In this document: piece after piece, positions 36,646 to 46,685 of the stretch
How the letters are laid out: each line of letters begins with the position of its first letter
How positions within the stretch are numbered: position 1 is the stretch's first letter
The notes under the pieces: model-generated
What the model was told of the DNA's origin: nothing
The model's input: only the letters and a program-made list of their open reading frames with translations
The model's database searches: none
Translations under genes and position numbers: made by a program
DNA from: Syntrophales bacterium
GTDB taxonomy: Bacteria > Desulfobacterota > Syntrophia > Syntrophales > UBA2210
Assembly: GCA_036825195.1 (NCBI GenBank)
Contig: DAISYQ010000013.1
Location: 4,286-68,285, forward strand
Length of the DNA: 64,000 nt
Direction of reading: 5' to 3'

Positions 36646-36767
36646 ATTTCAACTCCTCCGTATATACACACCTTGCGTTCTTGAATGAATACGGTTATCG
36701 TGGTGTCTGGACAGGTGTATCTGCCCATGATGTTTCCATCTCTTCGCCGTTTCTCACAACGCTTTTA

Positions 36768-37727
36768 TCAGCTCTCTTCCTTGCTCAGCCACCCCATGAT
36801 AAGCTTGTAAGCGATTGATGCCGAAGAGGGAAGAATATGCGGATTTGATCTGACTTCTTCTCTCGTAAACCAGCGGGCATCCTCAAGCTCATTCTCGTCG
36901 ATAATGATTTTTTCTTCCTTCGCCGATGCCGTGAACCCCAGCATCAGTGACTTCGGGAAGAGCCATGGTTGGGATTGTTGATATTCAATGGTATCGATGT
37001 CTATGCCTACCTCTTCCTTGATTTCCCGAGCCACCGCATCTTCAATGGCTTCACCCGGTTCCACAAATCCGGCAAGCGTTGAATATATTCCCTTCCGAAA
37101 CCCTTTACTGCGTCCAAGCAGACAACGTTCCCCGTGTGAGACGAGAACGATAATGGCCGGATCCATACTTGGGAAATGATTCTCCCCGCATGCCTCATTC
37201 TGACAGATACGGACATGGCCGGCTTCCGAGCTTTTTGTTTCATGGCCGCATTTCCCGCAATAGCGGTTTCTTGCATGCCAATAGGTCATGAAACACGCCA
37301 GCGACAATAATTCCCAGTCCCGGCTATGGAGCAAGGAAATCATTGATCTGAGATCCCGAAAAACGGTGTTTGTTTGTCGGCATATCATCGAAGCCACATC
37401 ATGTGAGCCGACATCTGCCGCAAAATAAGGGATCCCATCATACATGCCCAGGAATATCGACGAATCGGCCGATACTAACGATTCGGGAAGATCTTTGTGC
37501 GTCAGGTATAGCGTGTTGCACTCTTGTGAATTGTCGCACAAGACGGTCATATCGTGTACGGGAATAATGCGAGCCCGTTCGTCGTTAAATGTCTTATTGA
37601 TCCAGCTTTGATCGCTTCTGTGTAGCGAAGAACGATCCAAACCATGTACTTCCATGCTGCCTCTTTTCATGGTGGAGAGACCGATCCTCCGGTATGACCC
37701 GTATCGGGTCGACATTCCCCACATCAT
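36768..37727 (-). CDS. nudC: NAD(+) diphosphatase (NudC-like Nudix hydrolase)
   Basis: Zinc ribbon CGKCG...C....C plus Nudix box GFVEPGEAIEDAVAREIKEEVG. The true start may be the internal Met (about 37655). Confidence 0.8.
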   Translation of the reverse strand: MMWGMSTRYGSYRRIGLSTMKRGSMEVHGLDRSSLHRSDQSWINKTFNDERARIIPVHDMTVLCDNSQECNTLYLTHKDLPESLVSADSSIFLGMYDGIPYFAADVGSHDVASMICRQTNTVFRDLRSMISLLHSRDWELLSLACFMTYWHARNRYCGKCGHETKSSEAGHVRICQNEACGENHFPSMDPAIIVLVSHGERCLLGRSKGFRKGIYSTLAGFVEPGEAIEDAVAREIKEEVGIDIDTIEYQQSQPWLFPKSLMLGFTASAKEEKIIIDENELEDARWFTREEVRSNPHILPSSASIAYKLIMGWLSKEES

Positions 37728-37780
37728 ATAATCCTTCAGTATGTTCTCCGGGTGTTTTGTTGCGCTCCGTTAGATGTATA

Positions 37781-38767
37781 TTAATCATGCCCGGGTGCAG
37801 GGTATGATAGAGCGGTGGAGATTTCTTCCGCCGAAGCGTTGCATCCGCTCATCTGCAATGCGACCTTCTTTCCCTTCAAGTGATCCTTGAGCTTGATTGC
37901 CGCCATTAAGGTCGACGCGCCGGCGCCTTCTGCCAGATTATGGGTGTAATGCAATGCCATGCCGATGGATTCGTAAATTTCGTCTTCCGTCAGCAGGACA
38001 AAATCACTGAGGCCCTTGCTGTAGATGGCAAAGGGTGTCTCATAGGCCTTGCCGGTCGCAAATCCTCCCGCAAACGTATCGTTTTCAGCCGATACAATCT
38101 TTTTCTCTCTCCAGGAATGATACGCGGCAGGTGAACTCTTTGCCTGGACGGCGATGACTTCCACGTGTGGACGAAAAACCCGCAGGGTAGTAATCGCCGC
38201 GGCCGCTTCACTGCCGGCGCCAATGGGCACGATCATGACATCTATATCAGGAAGATCTTCGATGATTTCGAGAAACTCCGTACCGACACCGTTGATCAGA
38301 TGCGGCTCATCGGCGGGATGGGCGTAATAGAGACCGCGTTCAGCGCATATGGTATCTACGATCTGTGCCGCCTCTTCGAAGGTCCGGCCGGCCTCTATGA
38401 GTTCGGCGCCGGTTTCCATGATGGCGCGGTTCTTTGCGGGGTTGTTGTTCTCGGGAACGACGACAACCGCCCCGATCCCCGACCATGCCGCAGCCGTCGC
38501 TATGGACAGGCCGTGATTCCCGGTGGAAAAGGTTATCACGCCGTTGATATCTTTTTGACCGAGATGGTGCAGCAGATTGACGCCCCCGCGTATCTTGAAG
38601 CTGCCCGTGGGATTGTGATTTTCATGTTTTACGTAGACCTCGGCCCGAACGGCCCGTGAGAGACCTTCGTACCGGATCAACTGCGTCGGCTTAATGAAAC
38701 GTCTGACGACGGATCGGGCGCGTACGACTTCCGCAATTGTTATCGGATACTCCTTCAGATCTTTCAT
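37781..38767 (-). CDS. PLP-dependent threonine/serine dehydratase
   Basis: NPTGSFKIRG lysine motif and the GAGSEAAA glycine loop. Confidence 0.85.
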   Translation of the reverse strand: MKDLKEYPITIAEVVRARSVVRRFIKPTQLIRYEGLSRAVRAEVYVKHENHNPTGSFKIRGGVNLLHHLGQKDINGVITFSTGNHGLSIATAAAWSGIGAVVVVPENNNPAKNRAIMETGAELIEAGRTFEEAAQIVDTICAERGLYYAHPADEPHLINGVGTEFLEIIEDLPDIDVMIVPIGAGSEAAAAITTLRVFRPHVEVIAVQAKSSPAAYHSWREKKIVSAENDTFAGGFATGKAYETPFAIYSKGLSDFVLLTEDEIYESIGMALHYTHNLAEGAGASTLMAAIKLKDHLKGKKVALQMSGCNASAEEISTALSYPAPGHD

Positions 38768-38838
38768 CGTAACTCCTTTGTACCGGGTGAGTTCAACCGT
38801 ATCTCACCGCATTTCTCACCTGCATGTGTGAAAAAAGG

Positions 38839-39399
38839 TTATGCTCTTTTCAATCTCTCGCCTGTTTTCAGAAAATAATTCATCGATCTCTCCCAAAAGG
38901 TGACTGCCTCAAGAAATGAATCTTCCGTGAAGTCATCAATAAAGTCATTCCCTTCGGGAGTGATGCCCGTATAGGTATAGGATATCTCCACGTATGAGCT
39001 GTCACTGTCTTTGGGGGAAACGGCAATTTTCAAGACGCATGTTCTGGAGTTATTCGTGAAACGGGTAAAATCAACCTCGAGGGTACGAGGATTATGTTTT
39101 GTAATGATCCAGATCGTATCGTCTTCGCCTTCATGTGAGGTACGAAAGACAGCCCCTTCTTCAACCAAGCCGGATTCGGAATAGATCATGTCATACTGCC
39201 AGCCGTCGAGCCACTCAGCTTCACGAACCGGACACAGTAGAGGGAACACTATGTCGGGATTTGCATTGATCGTTTGACGATATGCTCTGGTTATTCTTCT
39301 GGATTGAAATTCTGAATTTTTCAAGAAGATTCTCCTCCCATCATTCTCTGGCATAATGCCGAAATCGGCGGCGGCAGTAAGACATCCGCTCACGGACAA
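38839..39399 (-). CDS. hypothetical protein (possibly SRPBCC/START-like)
   Basis: About 185 aa, TTG start with AAGGAA upstream. The fold assignment is a guess from length and pattern only. Confidence 0.4.
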   Translation of the reverse strand: MSVSGCLTAAADFGIMPENDGRRIFLKNSEFQSRRITRAYRQTINANPDIVFPLLCPVREAEWLDGWQYDMIYSESGLVEEGAVFRTSHEGEDDTIWIITKHNPRTLEVDFTRFTNNSRTCVLKIAVSPKDSDSSYVEISYTYTGITPEGNDFIDDFTEDSFLEAVTFWERSMNYFLKTGERLKRA

Positions 39400-39452
39400 T
39401 CAAATTCCTTTTTTCCTCAGTCTCACGTGTGCATGGTGATCACATCCGATAT

Positions 39453-40118
39453 CTACAGCCAGATCACCGATTTTGACGGTACGGGATATTCGACGGGAGG
39501 CGGCTCATAGGTATCTGCCGGGTATCCCAGGGCGCATCCGTCAAGCGCGTATTCCCCTGCGGGGATGCCGAGAAGTCCGCAAAAATCCGGGTCGCTGTCC
39601 ATCTGGGACGTCGCACTGATAAGTTGCAGTCCAATCCCCAGGGATGTCGCTTTCAACCACATATTCTGCAGGCAGTAGCAGAGTGACTGGGCAGCAACGG
39701 CAGGCACTCCCTTTCTTTCTCCGACAACGATGAAATATGGCGCACTGCCGACACCGGGCACGCCGTGCCGTCCGATTCGCCTGAGATTCTGAACAAACGG
39801 AACCGATCCCGCCTTTGTTTCGAGTTCATCGGCCAGCCGTGCCATCCGGTTTTTCATGCTCTTCGATACGGCCTCCATTGATGCTGTTGCGTTCCGAATC
39901 ACGAACACCTTTCGAAAATCAGGTTTTCCCGCAACGGCCAGCGCCCCGAAGGGAGCCAGCAGACCTGCCTGGATGATCGCCTCAACGGCCTCCTTGGTGG
40001 ACGGGGTGGCGCTGAATGCCCGTACCGAGCGCCGCGCCCGTATGATTACATCGAGAGCCGCACTGTGTTCGGATGTGATGTTTTCAAACATGCCGTCCTC
40101 CATGTCTCTGTTGCCCAT
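39453..40118 (-). CDS. nitroreductase family protein
   Basis: IIRARRSVRAF motif. Only a 2-nt gap from the upstream QueG-like gene. Confidence 0.7.
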   Translation of the reverse strand: MGNRDMEDGMFENITSEHSAALDVIIRARRSVRAFSATPSTKEAVEAIIQAGLLAPFGALAVAGKPDFRKVFVIRNATASMEAVSKSMKNRMARLADELETKAGSVPFVQNLRRIGRHGVPGVGSAPYFIVVGERKGVPAVAAQSLCYCLQNMWLKATSLGIGLQLISATSQMDSDPDFCGLLGIPAGEYALDGCALGYPADTYEPPPVEYPVPSKSVIWL

Positions 40119-40120
40119 AA

Positions 40121-41041
40121 TCAGGCTAAAGGGGGAGGCGGTGGCGGCAGCTCACCCCGTTCCAGTGCCTCCCGTGCGGCCTTGACCGGAATCGTGCTTT
40201 CACACGGTACGCCTACCTGACACAGGCCGCATCCATAGCCTTCATATGCATAGGTATCCTTGACGTATTCTCTGGTTCTGGTCAGATGGATCCGGCATTT
40301 TTCCTTGTCATGGCCCTGTACCGTAATCGCACCAACCGGACATCGATCGATGCACTTCCCGCAGGTCCCGTCGGCAAAGAAAAGACAATAGGCGTGATGA
40401 TTTGCGTAAGGCCGGGGGTCCGGTTCGACGGATATATGCGCGACGACGGACCCTGTTCTCATCGCTTTCCCGTGGGCTGTGATCAGACCGTCGCACAGGC
40501 CGAAGGTTCCGAGACCAGCAGCATGGGCCGCATGGCGTTCGGACCATGAAGACGCGTAGGAGAAACGTTCCGATTGTACGATCGTCCAGTTGGGAACGAG
40601 CATGGGGGCTACTGCCGCATATCCGGCCAGTTCCAGTCTTTCTACGACATGGAGCCTCAGGGCCGCGTTACATTCCTCTCCCAGGACCCTTGTCCGCGCC
40701 CATTCTTCGGACGGATACTCTTTGTTGGAGCGGTTGCTTTTACGGACCGATTCCCGTTGGGGTAAAATCCACGAGATAACGGTCAACTGGTCCGCGCTGA
40801 CCTGTTCACCGGAATGATGCTGATTAAAAACTTCCCAGGGTGTCCAGTGAAACGCTCCGATATATTCCTTGTATTGCTGCCAGATCGCATCCGCCCCGGA
40901 AGCGAAACCGACCAAAACCTGATCCCATGCCGGCTCACCGGTCCCGTTGTCCATGGTATTGAGTGGTGAGGTGGAAATGAAATCCTGAATGATACCCCTG
41001 ATCCGATCCTTGGTAAGGTTACAACCTTCTCCCATTAACAA
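40121..41041 (-). CDS. QueG-like / reductive-dehalogenase-like 4Fe-4S protein
   Basis: HAAHAAGLGTFG motif plus CGKCIDRCP ... CGLCQVGVPC clusters. Confidence 0.7.
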   Translation of the reverse strand: MLMGEGCNLTKDRIRGIIQDFISTSPLNTMDNGTGEPAWDQVLVGFASGADAIWQQYKEYIGAFHWTPWEVFNQHHSGEQVSADQLTVISWILPQRESVRKSNRSNKEYPSEEWARTRVLGEECNAALRLHVVERLELAGYAAVAPMLVPNWTIVQSERFSYASSWSERHAAHAAGLGTFGLCDGLITAHGKAMRTGSVVAHISVEPDPRPYANHHAYCLFFADGTCGKCIDRCPVGAITVQGHDKEKCRIHLTRTREYVKDTYAYEGYGCGLCQVGVPCESTIPVKAAREALERGELPPPPPPLA

Positions 41042-41167
41042 AATCCTTTCACTCTATGAATCACAAAAAGCGTCATTACATATCACATAAAAACTTACAA
41101 CACACTAACCATCGAAATCGGCAGCCACTTCCTGAAGTCGGATGGATTGCTCTGACGGGCAATGTTT

Positions 41168-41701
41168 TCAGACAAACTCGTATGACATAAAGGTAACACG
41201 GAAGGGTAGGTGGGGGAAGTCTTTACTCTCTCCTTCAACAAATCCAATACGCCTGTACCAATCCTTGAGTTCGGTCTGTTCCGCAATAATCCCTATGTTT
41301 ACAGAACGAGCCTTGCGGATTCGTGCTTCTGACAGTATATGATCGACCAGTGTCTTACCAAAGCCCTGCTTTCTGTGTTCAGGAAGCACCGCAAGACGTT
41401 CGAGGTAGCATATGTCCGAACCTGCCGCTTCGAGAGCGGCACATCCCACCACCCGGCCCGAATCTTTCAGCACGAAATAGACCACTCCGCGATTCATGTC
41501 CTTAAGGACCCAGTCCACCGTGCAGTTCGATGGATGGCGCGAGGCATTCTCCCGGGTGAGCCCAAAACGGTCCGCCACATCCTGAAATGACCGTTGAATT
41601 GTCCCTGCCAGGACGGAAGCATCTTCTTCTGTACAGGTGTGTATGCTCTGATTATTCACTGCCTTGTAACTTCTGACCATAGCTCTCACGGTTCCACTCA
41701 A
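41168..41701 (-). CDS. GNAT family N-acetyltransferase
   Basis: LAVLPEHRKQGFGKTLV acetyl-CoA motif. Confidence 0.85.
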   Translation of the reverse strand: MSGTVRAMVRSYKAVNNQSIHTCTEEDASVLAGTIQRSFQDVADRFGLTRENASRHPSNCTVDWVLKDMNRGVVYFVLKDSGRVVGCAALEAAGSDICYLERLAVLPEHRKQGFGKTLVDHILSEARIRKARSVNIGIIAEQTELKDWYRRIGFVEGESKDFPHLPFRVTFMSYEFV

Positions 41702-41735
41702 TCAAATGATCTCGCACGTCGTCCATTTGACGGAC

Positions 41736-42350
41736 TTATTGGATGACGAAACGGGCCGGGATAATACCGTGTTTGAACATCTCGTACAACTCCTGAATTT
41801 CATCCCCGGTATAGATATTCAGCAGCCGGACGATCTCACAGGCGAACTCTACGCTGCCCAGTCCACTGGCCGTTATAAGGTTCTTGTCGGCGGTTGCCAA
41901 TGCATCCACATACAAGTCGTCATCCCTGTAGTCGGGTATCATTGCCTTCAGGTATCCTCTGGAGTTGCTCGTGTGGTAAAGATCATGGGTCAATCCGGCC
42001 CGTACAACCTCCAGTGTCGCCCCGCAGATTGCGGCTATGGCGGTGCCTCTATCATGGAACCGGTGAAGGAGTCTGATTATCTCTTCGCACGGTCCTCGTT
42101 CCCACATATCTCCGCCGGGCATGATGAAAATGGTGGCTTCGTCGGGATTGATCGCATCAAGGGTAATAGCAGGGATGATTGTACAGCCGCCCATTGTGAT
42201 GACGGGTCTGTCGGAAAAACCGACCGTTACCACCGTATATTTCTCCGATTTGTTGATCTCGCACAGCGCAAGGGCCGTTTCCCAATCGGCGAGACCATCG
42301 AAAACCAGCAGGTACGCTTTAGATTGCACTGGTATTTTCCTCCTTTGCAT
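41736..42350 (-). CDS. DJ-1/PfpI family (class I glutamine amidotransferase-like) protein
   Basis: AAICGATL nucleophile-elbow region. About 200 aa. Confidence 0.75.
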   Translation of the reverse strand: MQRRKIPVQSKAYLLVFDGLADWETALALCEINKSEKYTVVTVGFSDRPVITMGGCTIIPAITLDAINPDEATIFIMPGGDMWERGPCEEIIRLLHRFHDRGTAIAAICGATLEVVRAGLTHDLYHTSNSRGYLKAMIPDYRDDDLYVDALATADKNLITASGLGSVEFACEIVRLLNIYTGDEIQELYEMFKHGIIPARFVIQ

Positions 42351-42421
42351 ATTCGAGTCGTCAGACGACCCGGCTGTCCGGTCGATCTTCCCGTTGCAGG
42401 CTTGAGCCGATTAATCGGCTT

Positions 42422-43780
42422 TCAGGAGAGCAGATCGATAGTCAAACTCTTGAATGCCTGCACGCCAAACAGCATGGACCGTTCATCAACGTCAAAAGCC
42501 GGGTGATGCAAAAAGACCGTTTTGTCGGAAAGTCTTTCAGGCACCGTGCCCCCCAGCAGAAAAAGAACACCGGGAGCTTTATTTGCCATGAATGAAAAGT
42601 CTTCACCGCCCAATGTGGGCTCAAACTCGGTAAATAAATTATTTTTCTCTATAAACGTAGATAATACCTCTGCAACCTTTGTTGACAAAGGGGGATCATT
42701 TACCGTCAGCGGATAAATATGCTCGTAATCGATATCGACCTTACATTCGGGATGTACCGACAGCGCGCTGTGATTACATACAGTTGTAAATTCCTTTTCA
42801 ATGGTCTCCTGGGTTGCAGGGTTAAATGTCCGAACGCTTCCCTTGAATTGAGCTGTTGCAGGGATAACGGTTCGAGACGTGGGCGAACCCGCCTCGACGT
42901 AACCGATCGACAGAACGGCTGGCTCGAAACCGCTGATTCTTCTCGTTATGACCGATTGGAGGTCGTTAATGATCCGGCTCATGGCAAGTATCTGATCGCT
43001 TGCCCGTTCAGGGGCGGCACCGTGACCGCCGATGCCATGTATGGTTACCGAAAAATAGTCAAGCGCCGCAAAGATGGGACCCTTCCGAAAGCCTATCTGG
43101 CCGACGGAGAGATTCGGCCAGCAATGGAGGGCGAACACATTGAGGACATCATCGAGATACCCGGCTTCGACCATACGTTTCCCCCCGCCATGCCCCTCTT
43201 CACCCGGCTGGAATAACAGCCGTATTTTCCCCTTCAGGTTGCCGCGATGTCCGTGAATGATTTTGCCAAAACCCGCAAGTATGGCCGTATGCACATCGTG
43301 ACCGCATGCATGCATCCTGTTTTCATACTTTGAACGAAAATTCATCCGATTCGGGACGTGGTCATCTGACGGTGTCTCCGAAACTTCGAGCGCGTCCATA
43401 TCGGCTCTGAATGCGATTGTCGGACCCGGGGCATTGCAGCCGATATCGACAACGAGTCCGGCTTTCGGATCGCCCTCGATAAAGGTCACATCCGCCATGC
43501 CGGTGAAGATATTTCTTATATACGTTATGGTTTCGGGCTGTTCAGGGCCAATCTCCGGGTAGGAATGGATGTGTCTCCGTATGTGTACCATTTCTTCAAA
43601 ATAATCCCGAATGTCCTGATCAATGGCGCTAATGTCTATGGTGTTCACTGTGTTACCTGTTATCCCTTCCTGGCTTATTGACGATCTGTAATCAGTTCTT
43701 AGATCCTCTGAACGATTTTTATAATCAAGAAAATTCAAAAGGTTATCCCGGGCAATACCGAAAAGTTTCCCTCCTGCCAT
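42422..43780 (-). CDS. M20 family amidohydrolase (peptidase M20D-like)
   Basis: RR.IH..PE, ACGHD.H and QPGEEG motifs. About 55 aa of N-terminal extension, so the start is uncertain. Confidence 0.85.
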   Translation of the reverse strand: MAGGKLFGIARDNLLNFLDYKNRSEDLRTDYRSSISQEGITGNTVNTIDISAIDQDIRDYFEEMVHIRRHIHSYPEIGPEQPETITYIRNIFTGMADVTFIEGDPKAGLVVDIGCNAPGPTIAFRADMDALEVSETPSDDHVPNRMNFRSKYENRMHACGHDVHTAILAGFGKIIHGHRGNLKGKIRLLFQPGEEGHGGGKRMVEAGYLDDVLNVFALHCWPNLSVGQIGFRKGPIFAALDYFSVTIHGIGGHGAAPERASDQILAMSRIINDLQSVITRRISGFEPAVLSIGYVEAGSPTSRTVIPATAQFKGSVRTFNPATQETIEKEFTTVCNHSALSVHPECKVDIDYEHIYPLTVNDPPLSTKVAEVLSTFIEKNNLFTEFEPTLGGEDFSFMANKAPGVLFLLGGTVPERLSDKTVFLHHPAFDVDERSMLFGVQAFKSLTIDLLS

Positions 43781-43822
43781 CGCTGCCGATAGCCCCTTTT
43801 TTAAGCGATTTGTCGGATAAAT

Positions 43823-44083
43823 TCATCTTTTCCCCCAGCGCCATTTCGGTGGTTCACCTTTGAGCCAGCAGATAGCGATCAGAAAAGCGGTTGATAATAG
43901 TACTGAAAGTAAAAAGAATGTCAACTCGTCTTCCGGAGGAAAACAATATACACTGAAGGTGATGAAACCGAGATACAGAACAAGTACCACCCACCCCTGC
44001 CAGGAGGAAGGAAGTCCCCATCCCCAGCCGTATCTCTGGGCCGGAAACCAGTACGTTTTTTCTTTTTCAACGTTATTTGACAT
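43823..44083 (-). CDS. small membrane protein
   Basis: YGWGWGLPSSWQGW followed by two TM helices. Confidence 0.55.
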   Translation of the reverse strand: MSNNVEKEKTYWFPAQRYGWGWGLPSSWQGWVVLVLYLGFITFSVYCFPPEDELTFFLLSVLLSTAFLIAICWLKGEPPKWRWGKR

Positions 44084-44351
44084 CGTTTATTCTCTTTGCA
44101 TGTGATTTCAATTTGTGTTTCCCCTATTCATCCAAAAAATCCAGAAGGTTATCTAGGATGACCACGAACGACTATGTTTCGCAGTGTTGTGATTTTATTC
44201 GTGCCGCGTCAAAAATAAATCAAGTGTGCAGATTGTTGTCAATCATTTCGTAGAATGTCACGGTCCTGATTTATTGATCTCATCTATATGTTCCCCGTAA
44301 CACAGATAATGAAGATGACCTTCTTCATACTCGGTGATCCAGGGTCGCGTG

Positions 44352-45125
44352 TCATACCGACTGAGACCGTTTCTTTTTCGTCGGGTCTGTCATGGAGCAG
44401 GGCAAGCCGACGCAGCATTTGCCGCACACATCAGCCAGACCGATATCACGGTAATAATCAGCGTTTTCCAGACATGTTTCATAACACGATGCCCGGTTGA
44501 ACGTTCCGTTCTTATATACTTCTTTCTCACAGCGGTTCTGACAGATGCCGCAACTTCCATCCCGTTTGAACAGGCACCTTTCCTCTCGGTCTACGAATGC
44601 GGGATATTCAAATTCATAATCGGTTACGATGCTTCCCAGGCGTCCGCAACAACCCCTGTCCGTAATGAACATGTTGTTTATCCCGAAGGTGCCCAGTCCG
44701 GCAATATAGGCCACATGCCGATGGGACCAGTTGCTGATTAAGGCGGCTTTGTCAAAGTTGTGGGTCGCGGGTATTTTGCCGACCTGGAATCCGTCCTTCC
44801 CCATGAGCGACTCTATCACATCGCCGATATGGGCTATAAGCTCATTTGTTGCTATGTAGGCCCGTGCCCATTCCATAGACGCTTTGTCGCCATCTCTATT
44901 GCTTTCCACGACGCTCGAATGAAAGGGAATAAAGTAGCAGATGACGCTCTTCGCACCTGGTAGTATGTCTCGCGGTACCAGGTGGTTTTCCGAGACGATC
45001 TTTTTTAAATCGTTAAACTCAGGTCGCGCAGCCGAAACAAAACCGATAAGGGGTATTTCCCAATATGAAAAAGCATTATTGGAAGTGACCGCCTCGACTA
45101 TTGTTTCTATTATCGTGTCTTGCAA
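44352..45125 (-). CDS. QueG-like / reductive-dehalogenase-like 4Fe-4S protein
   Basis: HRHVAYIAGLGTFG motif plus CGICQNRC ... CGKCCVGLPC clusters. Confidence 0.7.
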   Translation of the reverse strand: MQDTIIETIVEAVTSNNAFSYWEIPLIGFVSAARPEFNDLKKIVSENHLVPRDILPGAKSVICYFIPFHSSVVESNRDGDKASMEWARAYIATNELIAHIGDVIESLMGKDGFQVGKIPATHNFDKAALISNWSHRHVAYIAGLGTFGINNMFITDRGCCGRLGSIVTDYEFEYPAFVDREERCLFKRDGSCGICQNRCEKEVYKNGTFNRASCYETCLENADYYRDIGLADVCGKCCVGLPCSMTDPTKKKRSQSV

Positions 45126-45173
45126 TTGAAGAAACCTCCCGCCGCTCTCATGGTACTTGCATTCTCCTGCTTC

Positions 45174-45587
45174 CTATATGTTCTCTTCCGTTCTAACCTT
45201 AATTCCGTTCCTGATCAACAAGTCGGCTGTAATGCCGTTCCCGCTTACTGTTTTCCCGGAGAACGTTCCGTCGTAAATTGTTCCCTTTCCGCATGACGGT
45301 GAGCGGCTCTTCAATATCGCTTCTTCGCATCCATATTCTTGTGCTATTGCGAGGACGATCTCGGCTCCCCTCCTGAATTCATGGGAGACGTCTCTTCCCT
45401 CCGTGTTTACCACCTTCCCGCTTTGTATCTCTGAAGCCGGTCTCGGGGTGGGCAGACCTCCGAGTTGTTCGGGGCAGACGGGGATTGCCTTCCCTTCTCT
45501 TACAAGTTCCTGGATCTTCTTGCGGGTGTTCCGCTTCCCGTCGTAACGGCAGGGTATCCCTGCCAGGCAGGCGCTCACGATAATCAT
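45174..45587 (-). CDS. DUF523 domain protein
   Basis: IIVSACLAGIPCRYDG ... CPE..GGLPTPR pattern. Confidence 0.8.
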   Translation of the reverse strand: MIIVSACLAGIPCRYDGKRNTRKKIQELVREGKAIPVCPEQLGGLPTPRPASEIQSGKVVNTEGRDVSHEFRRGAEIVLAIAQEYGCEEAILKSRSPSCGKGTIYDGTFSGKTVSGNGITADLLIRNGIKVRTEENI

Positions 45588-45679
45588 CGTACGATCTCCA
45601 TGTGGTTAAGCTTGTGTCAATGCCGCTGCGTACACCCCACGACTACATTCGGACATAGTGCTTTAATTCCGTGACACCG

Positions 45680-46597
45680 TTATGCGTACTCTACTGAGGC
45701 AAAGGTTCTGCGTATCCCCTTCGCGTACTTCACGTCCGGATATCCGAATATCACAAACAGGCCTTCACGGCTCGCATATCGTATCCCCTGTTCCTTTCTG
45801 AACTTCTCCGCCTTTTTTCCCTTCTGGATCAGCGGGTGTATTCCCCCTATCATGCATGATCCCAGACCGAGGGTTTCGGCGGCGATCATGGCATAGGTGG
45901 CCGCAACGATCGGATCGGCCGGATCGGCGTAGGGCGATCCGTAGAAGTACAGTGCCAGAGGGGCATCATAGGTTACCAGATTTATCCCCTTTTTCATATG
46001 TTCCGTATAAGTGTGGAAGAGGGGTCTTACAAAATTTCTGAACAGTTCATCATTGGCCCTGCCCCAGAAGGGCCGCATGAGAAACAGAAACCAGCCGGAC
46101 ACAAGCCATTTCATTCCTTCCAGATAGGTACAGAATTGCTCGGCGAAGGCCCGTCCTTTTTCTTTCGTGTCAAAAACCAGGACATGCACGTCGGAAGGGG
46201 GCACACCCATGGGGGCCATCTGCGATGCACGCAATATGGCTGTCACGAGATCGTTCCCAACCGGAGTGTCCTTGAATTCCCGTATGCTTCTTCTGCGGCT
46301 GAGGAGGCCGTTCACCTGATCGTACGTTGCGGACTTCTTGCTATCCGGCAGATCGAAGAGATCGTCGGGGGATATTGTCCTGCCGGTAATTTGAATCGCA
46401 CCTGACGGGCAGATTGCCATACAATGACCGCAGCCTATGCATCCGAACAGCGTATTATCCGATTCCCTGACTTTCCCATCTTCCATCTTCAGGCTGAAAT
46501 CCTTGCAGACGGTCACGCACAGGCCGCAACCGGTGCATTTTTCATCATCGATCCTTATCTCGGCTTTACTGCTTGTTCTCGAAGTCGGAATTGCCAT
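45680..46597 (-). CDS. ferredoxin-domain / nitroreductase fusion protein
   Basis: N-terminal CTGCGLCVTVC and CIGCGHCMAICP 2x[4Fe-4S], followed by an RRSIREF nitroreductase fold. Confidence 0.8.
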   Translation of the reverse strand: MAIPTSRTSSKAEIRIDDEKCTGCGLCVTVCKDFSLKMEDGKVRESDNTLFGCIGCGHCMAICPSGAIQITGRTISPDDLFDLPDSKKSATYDQVNGLLSRRRSIREFKDTPVGNDLVTAILRASQMAPMGVPPSDVHVLVFDTKEKGRAFAEQFCTYLEGMKWLVSGWFLFLMRPFWGRANDELFRNFVRPLFHTYTEHMKKGINLVTYDAPLALYFYGSPYADPADPIVAATYAMIAAETLGLGSCMIGGIHPLIQKGKKAEKFRKEQGIRYASREGLFVIFGYPDVKYAKGIRRTFASVEYA

Positions 46598-46685
46598 GTG
46601 TCCACCTTGTTGAATATTTTTGCCCGAACGCCTGCCATCCGTCAGGACTTACCGGAGTGATTGCCGTGTGATTCCCCGCTAATGT

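Noticed and set aside
41706-42506. 266-aa plus-strand ORF.
   Set aside because: It is antisense to the DJ-1/PfpI gene and to the end of the M20 amidohydrolase gene. It has no RBS or motifs.
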